Assembly (NCBI RefSeq): GCF_006345805.1
Contig: NC_043000.1
Coordinates: forward strand, 81,282,001-81,346,000
DNA from: Octopus sinensis
Taxonomy: Eukaryota
DNA: 64,000 bases
Direction of reading: 5' to 3'
Below are positions 53,251 to 64,000 of the stretch, in pieces. The notes under the pieces were generated by a model. That model did not search any database, was not told the DNA's origin, and saw only the letters and a program-made list of their open reading frames with translations. Positions within the stretch are counted from its first letter, which is position 1; every line of letters begins with the position of its first letter. A program made the position numbers and the translations under genes.

Positions 53251-54118
53251 AACTTCAATGTTATAATGAAGAATTATCTGCTAGATATTTCTGTATGAAC
53301 AGTGTGGCTCTGATATGCTGGGATATGGCTGTGACCACTTGCTAGCTTTCATTTTTACATCTGTTTATGCATGGTAGGCTATGTTTGAGAGATACATGTT
53401 ATTGAGGCATTGTTTCACAGTTGGATGCCTAACCCTTAACTAGTTTTAAAAGTAAAGGATCTCTTATTTTATATGGCTTTGAAAGCACAGAGCCAGCAAA
53501 TGATTTGTTGATAAAGGAATGGCAAGAATCTTCACTGCTTGTACCACATTGCTTTCTCATGTGAAGGTATGCAAGATGTAAACATCTGTATTCTAAAACA
53601 CTAAAACAACACCAGAAATGCCAAAACAATTACCACTACAATGTCAAAACAAATGTAGTGTACAGGCATAATTCTATGATATCTAAAGACAATGGTGTTT
53701 ACATATTCTCCAAAAACACTGCATATTGGGACTACAAATCAATGATTAACTAAGGTTTTCTATGCTTTTAGTGATAAAAACTCCTTCTAGGGTTCTTTAT
53801 AATCTAAAGGCAAACAAGGAAAATAACTTTATGAATTTTTTTTTTTGATAATATAGTTATGATATAGATGGAATTATCAAACAGTACAATAATTAGTGTT
53901 ATTATAATAATTGTTATTATAGGGGCAGCAAGCAAGCAGAATCATTAAGGGTTGGACAAAATGCATAGCAGTATTTCTTCCAGCTCTTTGCATTCTCAGT
54001 TGAAATTCCCAGAGATAAACTTTGTTTTTCATCTTTCATGGTCAATAAAGAAAAGTACCAGTCGAGTACTGGCCCACTCCTTTAAAAATTGCTTGCTTGT
54101 GCCAAAATTGGAAAGAAA

Positions 54119-54167
<49 letters not shown>

Positions 54168-54624
54168 AAAACAGTGACCTAGCAGAACCATTAGCATGTC
54201 AGGTAAAATGCTTAGCAACATTTCCTCCATTCTTATGTTCTGAGTTCAAATTCTGTCAAGGATGAAAGGCAAACCTTTCATCCTTTTGAAGTCAATAAAA
54301 TAAGTACTAATTGAACACTGGGGTCAATGTAATTAACTAGCCCCCTCCCCCAAAACACCTGAAATTTTGGGCCTTGTACCTTTAGTAGAAAGAATTATCA
54401 TTATTACTAAAGTATGAAGATTGACATAACTCTTTACTAAGGTAAATACACTATTAAAAGAATGCAATGTGTAATAATAAAAAACAGATTGTTTTTTACA
54501 TATTTCCTCCTCACATTCAAAATAAGACAAGAATAATGAAAAATGAAAAAGACATGGGATGGTCATATTTTGCAACTTAAAAGCATACACTATATATTTG
54601 GTCTTCACTTCAGCTTTATTATTA

Positions 54625-56110
54625 TTATTATTTAGTACTCTTATTTTTTCACTCTGTGTGCCTTGGGTATGTGTTGTGATTTGTTGTGATGCACTTAAGG
54701 GTTTTACATAGGATGTGTGCAATGCCTAGTAGTGATATTTTCTGTATGCTATATATATTTGTTAGTCCTGGTGTTTTTATTATGTATTTGTCTGAATATT
54801 TTTTAATTGTACCAAGTGCACCTATTATGATAGGAATTGTTTCTATTTTTAGACTCCACATTTGATTTACCTCTATTTCCAGGTCTTTGTATTTTGAAAG
54901 TTTCCCCATTTCTTTTAGAGAAACATTGTCATCTGTTGGTATTGATACATCAATTAGAAAGTTTTTTTATCTTGATCTCTAACAACTGTATCTGGCCTAT
55001 TGGCCTTAATTTCTCCGTGTGTAATGGCATATCCCATAGTATGGTTGCTTTCTTATTTTCTGTGACCTTTTTGGGGGTGTACCTATACCATCTTTTGCTG
55101 TTGTTATTCCATAGTGTTAGCATAGCTTCCAGCATATGTAGGTCCCAACTCCGTCATGTCTGTGAATCTATTCCTTCTTAGCCAGGACTGGGTAGCCAGA
55201 GACAATATGGTCTATTGTTTCTTGTCCATCTCTACATATTCTGCAGTTACTTGTTATGTTTCTTTTCATTGTATTTTTTTTAGTAATTTCTGGTGGGGAG
55301 GCTTTGGTCTTGTGCTGCAATTAAAAATCCTTCAGTCTCTGCTTTGTGTCCTGAGCTTCTCAGCCATTGTTGGGATTTTGTTTTGTCTATTTCTTTTGCA
55401 TTTAGTTTAACCCAATATTTGCCATGAAGGGGCTTTTCTTGCCATCATTTTATGATCTGTTGCTGTTCCAGTTTCAATTTGGACTTCAGTTGTTTTACAG
55501 CTTTTGTTGTTTCTTCTTTTTCTTCAGAAGTTGTTTAGTATTATGACTTCTTTTTTGTATTTGTCAACTTCCTTAAAGACTGAAAATAGTTTTTTGTTTT
55601 GTTTGCATTTTGTGGTTATTTGTATTAGTTTTCCTTGCTTCTGAGTAGATATTTTTGTAGTCCTATGGTGGTTATATGTAATAGTTTTCTAGTTGTATAA
55701 GGCCTCTACCACCTTCAATATGTTGTATATATAGCCTTTCTATGTCAGATTTTGGGTGGTGCATCCTAAATCCTGTCATTATTTTTCTTATTTTCCTGTC
55801 TATTTTGATTAGTTCATTTAATGTCCAGTTAAGGATATTGTAGCTAGGGTGTTGATACCTATTATCTTGTTTATCACATTTTTCACATTTTTCAGTATTA
55901 ATCTAACTCGTCTATAGTATTCTTTTTTTATTTTCTCTTTCATTTGTGTGTATTGTATCGTATCTAGTTCATTGATTCCTAAGTATTTGTATATTTCTTA
56001 TTTCATTTGCTTTATCTAGTGTAATGTTGCTACTCTTAACTAGTTTTCCTCTTTTCAAGGTTGCTTTGGCACATTTTTCTAAACCAAATCTCATGTTTAT
56101 TTCTTTAGTA
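54625..56110 (-). mobile_element. R4/Dong-clade LINE, 5' truncated with internal deletion, between (TTA)n tracts
   Basis: KLSKYKDLEIEVNQMWSLKIETIPIIIGALG..QKISLLGIAHIL; KRWYRYTPKKVTENKKATILWDMP; MRFGLEKCAK and YKYLGI. Confidence 0.9.
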
Positions 56111-56704
56111 AATCCATTATTATTATTTTATCATCATCATCATCATTATTATTATTATTGTTATTATTATTACTACGACATCAAGATGGCAGAATCATTG
56201 GGGGGGAGTCATTCTCTTTTAGTGCCTTATTAATTTAACCCACTCACCAATTTCTACTCATTTATTTATTTGTTTTTACTAAAATTTTCATTGCGACTTG
56301 CAGCCTTTTCAATAGTCATTGACTCTTTGCGTTATTGGAATTGTATTCTTTTTTCTTTTTTTTTGTACACATGCATGTGCGTCAGTGTGTGTGCGTATAT
56401 ACATATGTATGTATGTGTGTAGGCAAACCAAATACAAAAACGAAATTATTATAATTATTATTATTATTATTATTTACAGTGGTAAGCTGCCAAAATAGTT
56501 AGCATGCCAGGTGAAATGCTTAGCAATATTTCACCCATCGCTACATTTTGATTTCAAATTCTGCCGAGGCTGACTTTGCTTTTCATCCTTCCAGGGTTGA
56601 TAAATTAAGTACCAGTGAAACACTGGCATCTGTATAATCGATCAGTCTCCTCCCCACAAATTTCAGGCCTTGTGCTTTTAGTAGAAATTATTATTATTAT
56701 TATT

Positions 56705-57114
56705 ACTCTTTTACTCTTTTACTCTTTTACTTGTTTGTCATTTGACTGTGGCCATGCTGGAGCACCACCTTTAGTCGAGCAAATCGACCCCAGGACTTAT
56801 TCTTTGTAAGCCCAGTACTTATTCTATCGGTCTCTTTTGCCGAACCGCTAAGTGACGGGGACGTAAACACACCAGTATCAGTTGTCAAGCAATGCTAGGG
56901 GGACAAACACAAACACACAAACACACACACACATACATATATATATACATATATACGACAGGCTTCTTTCAGTTTCCATCTACCAAATCCACTCACAAGG
57001 CATTGGTCGGCCCGGGGCTATAGCAGAAGACACTTGCCCAAGAAGCCATGCAGTGGGACTGAACCTGGAACCATGTGGTTGGTTAGCAAGCTACTTACCA
57101 CACAGCCACTCCTG
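56705..57114 (-). mobile_element. tRNA-derived SINE (OK-like), full length, young
   Basis: Complete head CAGGAGTGGCTGTGTGGTAAG, B-box, tail AAAAGAGT repeats. Confidence 0.93.
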
Positions 57115-57134
57115 CGCCTTTATTATTTCAGTTT

Positions 57135-57760
57135 AAATGTATAGTGCACATGCTTAATGGGCAAAATTTGCCCATCCCCAAGTATAACAATATCTGTTTC
57201 AACACACGATTTCACATCAAGAATCTTGCTAAACAAATACAGAAAAAGACATGGTAATGCAGAAATTCAAAAATTCTACCAGACTATCCTACAATCCTTT
57301 CTTGACAAAAAAGATAAAAAGGGTGACAGAATTGTTAGTCAAAGAGTTTTATATAAATCTGATGAACTCTTCTCTCATTTTGTTCATTCCCACCTCCATA
57401 AGGTAGAACTCTAGTAGTTTACAGACATATTTGTCCTTGTGTTTTGAGAAAATGAAAGTCAGAATATTTTCTGAGAACCTACACTTTAAGTTGTTTGTCA
57501 AAGATACAGTCATCTGTAATAAAATACTCAGCAAATTTTGTCAAACTTGTGTTATTGTGCTTGACATCATACCTATGCCCATTAAAGCTTTTGTTTAATT
57601 TTCCTGTTGTGCAACCAACATAAATCATGTCATGTTTGGTGCGTTCAGTTGCTTACAGCAAATGGGATCATTACACCTTTCACTTTCCATATATATCATG
57701 GCATTTCTTTTAGACTAACAGTTTTTTTGGCATTTTTCTTTTTCTTTTTTACTGGTTTTA
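57135..57760 (-). mobile_element. Penelope-like GIY-YIG 3' fragment
   Basis: KHDMIYVGCTTGKLNKSFNGHRYDVK...GMNK; palindrome ATGGGCAAA-A-TTTGCCCAT at 57157-57175 where an HHR stem II would be expected. Confidence 0.7.
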
Positions 57761-57876
57761 ATCAGTTTCAAACAAGTGAAACTTGATGGCTTTTGTTGAA
57801 GAAGCAATGCAGGATAGTCTAATTGAATTTTGGAATTTCTGTACTATTTATTTACTACCACTGCTGCTGCTACTTT

Positions 57877-57907
<31 letters not shown>

Positions 57908-57911
57908 ACTG

Positions 57912-57951
<40 letters not shown>

Positions 57952-58089
57952 AGCAAGCTGGCAGAATTGTAAGCATGCTGGACAAAATACTTAGTGGCAT
58001 TTCATCTGTCTTTATATTCTGAACTCAAAAGCCACCAAGATCAACTTTGCCTTTCATCCTCTCGGGGTTGATGAAATAAGTACCAGTCA

Positions 58090-58312
58090 TATATATATAT
58101 ATATTGATGTGTGTATTTGTGTCTGTGTTTGTTCCTGCCACCATCGTTTGACAACTGATGCTGGTGTTTACATCCCCGTAACTTAACAGTTCAGTTAAAG
58201 TGACTAATATGATAAGTAACAGGCTTACAAAGAATAAGTCCTGGGGTTGATTTCTTTGATTAAAAGGCAATGCTCTTGCATGGCTGCAGTCAAATGACTG
58301 AAACAATTAAAA
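58090..58312 (+). mobile_element. OK-like SINE 3' half fused behind a family-2 SINE head (57950-58087)
   Basis: Reverse complement of the OK-like 3' half. Confidence 0.8.
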
Positions 58313-58439
58313 TAAGAGAAAAAAATATAGTAGAAAGAATTATTATTATTATGAAGGCCTCTCAGATAGTTCTTAATAACCAGTTATTCTTTACTTGAAA
58401 GCAGGCAACAACAAATCACCAAAGGTTTCAAGTAGTTCC

Positions 58440-58650
58440 TTCTCCTGTAACTCAAAGAGACAATACTGTCCTTAGAATGTGAGCTGTACCCAACAGTGCT
58501 GTCTTCTGGATGACCTCGAGCCTGACAGCTGGTCCAATATTCTTAATATGTTTTTCAAAGCCCTTGGAAACTGCTCCTACTGCTCCAGTTACCACCGGTA
58601 TCACCATTGCTTTCCTCATGTCCCATAACATTCCTATCTCATCCCACAGT
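58440..58650 (-). mobile_element. R4/Dong LINE 3' fragment (second family)
   Basis: LWDMRKAMVIPVVTGAVGAVSKGFEKHIKNIG..VIQKTALLGTAHILRTVL. Confidence 0.8.
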
Positions 58651-58667
58651 AGCTGTTTCCTGTTTCC

Positions 58668-58699
<32 letters not shown>

Positions 58700-58709
<10 letters not shown>

Positions 58710-59145
58710 CTTTTTTTTTTCTTCTTTCAAATTTTCTTCCATTTCTTGCCAAGTGTCTTCCCGACTCCTAGGGCAAAGAAACTCATAGTGTATATTGGTA
58801 GGCCATTAAACCAAACTCAGTAGTTCGTTCATTTTTTTTTTTTTTTTTTTTTAAAGTTAAATTAAAATGCATGAGCAGCAACAGTTCTCACATCGACAAT
58901 GCTCTTCTCAATACGTGTGATGTACCAGTTAAGACAATCTTTTGCACTTCTTGCAGGGATGGTAAGCCAGGGATCATTCTCATATAATTTTCGGTTCCCT
59001 TCTTGATCATTCCTAGTGCTCCTACGATCACTGGTATTGTAACCGCCTTGAGATGCCACATTTTCTCAATTTCAATGAGTAGGTCTTTATATTGTCAAAC
59101 TCTTTCGCTGAGATATTATGATCACAGGGGATGCTCATGTCGATC
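58700..59145 (-). mobile_element. R4/Dong LINE 3' fragment (third family) with UTR
   Basis: YKDLLIEIEKMWHLKAVTIPVIVGALGMIKKG..LQEVQKIVLTGTSHVLRRALSM*. Confidence 0.85.
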
Positions 59146-59165
59146 AATTATTATTATTATTATTA

Positions 59166-59208
<43 letters not shown>

Positions 59209-59289
59209 CTACTACTACTACTATTATTATTATCATTATTATTATTACATGAGTGCATGCTAATTTAGTTAACAGTTATTTAAGTTACC

Positions 59290-59825
59290 TTTAATGTCAA
59301 GAATGTTTCATGGGATTCTTTTCTGCAGGTTGACGATGCAAGTTTCAATTCCAATAATATCTTTCAGTCTTTTTGGTAACCTGTTGAGTGTTGTGAAAGT
59401 GCACATATTACTACTGGAATAATTGTTTTTCTTGGTCTTCCAGTCTCTCAGCTCTCTGGTTAGATCCTGGTATTTCAATTTTTTTCCATTTCTCTAGTAT
59501 TAACTCTGCTATCATAGGGAATTTCAGAATCTATGATCTTGCACTGTTTGTTTATTTTGTCTTCTATAATCATGTCTGGTCTTTTTGCCCCATTAGTATG
59601 GTCAGTCTTTATGGTGAAGTCCACAAAATCTTGTAAATCTCAATTTCTATTACAGCCTCTGGTTTGTGTTCATACCACTTTTCTGTTGTTTTGAAGCCAC
59701 ATACTCGACTTGCATCCCAAAGCATTCCTTTGCCTACACAGTCATGTCTGCTCTTGTATTCCTTTTGTGCTACTGTACTGCACTCACTCAAAATGTAATT
59801 GATACTTTCGTCTCCTTTCCTGCAT
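59290..59825 (-). mobile_element. R4/Dong LINE fragment (fourth family)
   Basis: SECSTVAQKEYKSRHDCVGK..EKWYEHKPEAVIE..KILW; KRPDMII; YQDLTREL. Confidence 0.8.
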
Positions 59826-59834
59826 ATTACTATT

Positions 59835-60231
59835 ATTCTCTTTCACTTGTTTCAGTCATTTGACTGTGGCCATGCTGGAGCACCACCTTTAGTCAAGCAA
59901 ATCAACCCCAGGACTTATTCTTTGTAAGCCTAATACTTATTCTATTGGTCTCTTTTGCTGAACCGCTAAGTTACGGGGACGTAAACATACCAACATCGGT
60001 CGTCAAGCGATGTTAGGGGGGACAAACACAGACACATAAACATATACACACCCATACATATATAAATATATATATATATATACACAACGTGCTTCTTTCA
60101 GTTTCCGTCTACCAAATCCACTCATAAAGCTTTGGTCGGCCTGAGGCTATAGTAGAAGACACTTGCCACGCAGTGGGACTGAACCCGGAATCATGTGGTT
60201 GGTAAGCAAGCTACTTACCACACAGCCACTT
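59835..60231 (-). mobile_element. tRNA-derived SINE (OK-like), full length
   Basis: Collinear with the other copies; small internal deletion. Confidence 0.92.
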
Positions 60232-60247
60232 CTATGCCTTAATATTG

Positions 60248-60289
60248 TTTATATACTGTGTTCAAAAGAATTTGAACACAGTATATAAA
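60248..60289. repeat. Perfect 19-bp inverted repeat with 4-nt spacer
   Basis: TTTATATACTGTGTTCAAA-AGAA-TTTGAACACAGTATATAAA. Confidence 0.95.
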
Positions 60290-60636
60290 GATGATGAGAT
60301 TCTGCTAAGGATTTTGCCCAGAGTGCAAATGATTCTGGTAGCTTGCCACTTTCCCACAACCAATAATATTGATAACAATGATAATAAAGGCTTGACAGTT
60401 AGTCTGAAGACCGAAAAAAAAGAACTACATTAGATCCATGCTTTGCAATGGAGTAATAGCAAAATAATTATTTCTTTGATTTGCCACAAGGGCAATAAGG
60501 AGACATATTTGCAATAATAATAAAAATGATGACGAGGATGATGATGATGATGATGATAATGATGATAGTGGCAATACTAAACATTAACTCATTAGTGTAA
60601 TCAGCTTGTGTCACATTGTTTATCATATGAAAAGAC

Positions 60637-60678
<42 letters not shown>

Positions 60679-60749
60679 CTTTGTTGTGTGAGCAATAGGG
60701 AATAGGCATGACATTATGACTGTAATATTCAGGATCATGCTTTAGAGCA

Positions 60750-61370
60750 TCAGAACCATCATTACCTTTATCAACATTATTATCTTCAACAGGTCTTTGA
60801 TCTGCCCTGACCTAAACAATAGCTACAGCAACAATTCATATCATTGCAATTATCATTATTACCATCATCACCATCATTATCGTCATCTCTTCATCGCTAT
60901 CCTCACCTTCCTCATCAAGATCTCCACTTCATCGTCAGCAGCAATATTGTCATCATTATCATTATAATAGCACCACATCATCTTTCTCCTCTTCTTTATC
61001 ATCATCATCATCATCATCATCAACACCATATCTACATCACTGTTATCATCATTATCATTTATACTATCATCAACATCTTAAACACCACCATCTCAAAATT
61101 ACTGTCATCATTTCATCAGCATCTTTATCGTTATGGTTTATCGTCATTATTATCTGCAGCACAATTGTCATCATTGTTAAATTTGTCATGGTAAATATCA
61201 GCACTTTCAATGATGTCATCAAGTTTATCAACATTACTATTATGCTTGTCCCTGTAATCATCATAATTATCATCATCCACCAATGTCATCATTACTATGC
61301 CATTATTGCCATCTGCATCAACATCACATTTGTCATTGCCATCATCATCATCTTCATCAACATCAATAGT
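60750..61370. repeat. Degenerate (CAT)n low-complexity region
   Basis: Direct observation. Confidence 0.85.
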
Positions 61371-61849
61371 CTGTGAATAAATGACTTCCTCAAGTAATTT
61401 CACTATGATGAGCAATCTTTTAGTTAGTGGTTATCTCATTATCTAGTTTATTAAATCCTTAATTAATCTTATCTTTATCATTTGAGTCCAAACTTAAAAG
61501 CTATGCAATGTATTAATTAACTTTATAATTGTTTCTCCTTTTCCACCATATCAACTTCATCTCCATCCAATACTCCTTCCCATACCACCTTTATGGCTAT
61601 CTAATACTCTCTTCTATACCACCTTTTCTCTCTAATACCCCTTTCTATGTTGCCTTCTCTCTCCAATGCTCCTATAACATTTTCACCTCTATTCAACTAT
61701 CATCTCTATACAATATTTCATCTACACCAACTACATCTCTATGCAATACACCTCCTACACCACCTTCATCTCTGCCCAGTATTTCCCACTAGATCCCCTT
61801 CATCTTCATCCAATACTCTGGCATCTTAGTGGAGTCTTATTTTCCTCCT

Positions 61850-62293
61850 CTTTTTAACTGTGATAGCTCTATAAGTAGTTGCCCTATGGTGAAAACCTCC
61901 ACATTGCTTCCAATTCTACACTGCAGACCCTTTGCTAACCCCACTAAATCTACCCCACTTCACCAGGTTCTCTGTCCCTTGACATACACATATGTTAAGT
62001 GTGTAAGTACCTCCAGTCACTTCAAGCAAACAAAGCAACTGTCTGACAATGTTTTTTCCTTACACTCAAGCACTCTGCCCCCAAATTTACTTCTATATTC
62101 ACCAAGCTTTTAAATCTATTGCTTTCTATTGGGACAGTCCCCAACATTTCCAAGCATGATACAGCATGTTCCATTCACCCCTCAAAAAGAGGTGACCCCT
62201 CTGACTCAATCAATTCTCATCCTAATGCTCTTACCTATTACATCTCCAAAGTAATAGAGATAGCTATTAGCAATGACATTTAGAAATAACTTG

Positions 62294-62331
<38 letters not shown>

Positions 62332-63480
62332 TCCCTCTCCCCTCCCTCTCCCTTTCTTCATCAAATGGTTTCTATGGAGCCAGATCCACAAGTAACCTCC
62401 TTTTTCATGTCATTCACCAATGAGCTTTCAATTTAGAGAAGTCTGGTAAAAGCAATGGCATTGCTCAAGTCATCAGCAAAGCCCTCAGCCATGTCTGGCA
62501 TTTAAATCTCCTTCCAAACATCTCATCTGTAGGCTCCTCCCATCTCTCATCTCTTGGATTAGTCGCTTCTTGCTTGATAACACCCCAGCAACATATGTTG
62601 ATGGAACTCTTTCTGCCCCATTCTCAGTTAGCTATAGTGTTCCCTAGGGTTTAGTTTTTCCCCATCTCTCTCCTTTTTCTATACATCAACACCCGGCATG
62701 CTACTAAATCTAATTACACCCATTTTTTTTTATGTGGATGGCACAATTCTTTATTCTTCCCTAACTTTCCTCAACTATGAATCATCTACATTCAGCCTAG
62801 ATGCACTAACCCTTGCATAAAAAGGGACCTTGAGAAAATCCTTCAGTGGGGCCTTTCAGCTTTGGTATTTTTTCAGCAAAAAAGAAAAAATCTCAAGCAC
62901 TACCCATTTCAGAAAATACCAGTGCATCACACACACATTAAACATGGACTGATCTCAGTTAGAACCTTCACAATCACTGAGAATCTTTCTTGAAGAAAGC
63001 ACAACTTTAGCATAGCTGGGAGTTCATCTTCAGAGCCAGAATATATTCAAGCCCACAACAGCTGCTGGAACTTTACAAAGCTCAAGTGAGGTCCACAATG
63101 GAGTACTGCTCGCACATCTGGAATAATATTGTTGCTATACACAGATATCTTAGACAGCATCCAGGGAAAGGCCACTTGACTAAATCAGTTATGAACATGC
63201 TCCAGTCTCTGGCCCTCATGTGTACTGTCTCCTTTCTGTCTTTTCTATTGCTACTGTAATGGTCTGATTCTTGGAGCTGGCTAATCTTGTTCTCACACCA
63301 CTTAAGCACTCCCTGCCCACTCATTCATCCCCACTTTGTGCTACCAACTTCCTTAGTGCTACACTAACCATTATTACCATTACTATTCCTTTCCCCTCAG
63401 ATCTTTGGCCCACTGGAATCTTCTTCCTGTTCATGTTTTCCTGCAGGTGTTATCCTGCAGAAGTTTAAACAAAACATTAA
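61850..63480 (+). mobile_element. Decayed Jockey/CR1-group LINE RT region
   Basis: KRGDPSDSINSHPNALTYYISKVIE; IAQVISKALSHVWH; SVPQG-like AGTGTTCCCTAGGGT; LYKAQVRSTMEYCSHIW. Confidence 0.8.
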
Positions 63481-64000
63481 TAGCATCTTCATTACCGGTC
63501 CTGAAGGGTCTGCACACCTCATGGGTGATGTCCTTTCTTCCAGATTCAACTAGTAGCAAAAAATACATACCACTTTCAAATTCATACCACTTCAGTTCAA
63601 TCCAATACTCCTGTCTGTACCAATATTCAATATTCAGAACATGACTTAAATTTGTTGTCATGTACAAATCAGTGCTGCCACCTGCAATGAACTTTATGTA
63701 ACTAATAGTTATTTCATAAGTCTTAGCTTTTGCTTCTGTTAAACTCCTTGTCAGTTTTGATCAAGCTACCCTGTGATCAAATATGCTCCAACCAGAACTA
63801 TCTTGCCTAAGTCTATATTATTTAATGTATCCTTCCTTTTATTGTTATTGTTGTTGAGCAGTGTAGTTCTTAGTTGGCTTTAAAAAACAGATCTATGATC
63901 TAACACATTCCAAATATAGCCATCCCTCATTATTTTCCCTGCCAACACTCCATTCCTGTATATTGATAGATTTGTATATGTTTTCCCAACAGATGTTCAA

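Noticed and set aside
57358-57400. CTGATGA as a plus-strand hammerhead core
   Set aside because: No stem II/GAAA follows; it lies antisense to PLE coding sequence
63431-63667. 78-aa minus-strand ORF as a host exon
   Set aside because: No recognisable domain or splice sites; an alternative frame (LKVVCIFCY) hints at a LINE remnant

Overview
AT-rich eukaryotic DNA dense in microsatellites and transposons. The SINE and LINE repertoire looks like an octopod cephalopod (Octopus sp.); this is inferred from recalled family sequences, not from a search. No host protein-coding gene can be called confidently; one candidate first exon lies at ~32.2 kb. Nearly all ORFs in the track are microsatellite artefacts or decayed TE fragments. 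Supportable content: an RT/RNaseH-deleted Ty3/Gypsy element with 305-bp LTRs, inserted into a SINE; a decayed hAT (Buster/Charlie-like) transposon with an 8-bp TSD; a Tc1/mariner remnant; several MITEs; a Helitron PIF1 fragment; RTE, R4/Dong, CR1 and Jockey-like LINE fragments; several Penelope-like element (PLE) remnants; and dozens of tRNA-derived SINEs with a strong orientation bias. The most interesting signal is about a dozen hammerhead-ribozyme (HHR)-like motifs from at least five sequence families, mostly decayed. These include a tRNA-headed, HHR-carrying short element in fold-back arrangement (20.3-20.8 kb) and a ~330-350-bp retrozyme-like unit present as a tandem dimer and as a circularly permuted monomer. 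All alignments and folds were done by eye, and most TE boundaries are approximate.
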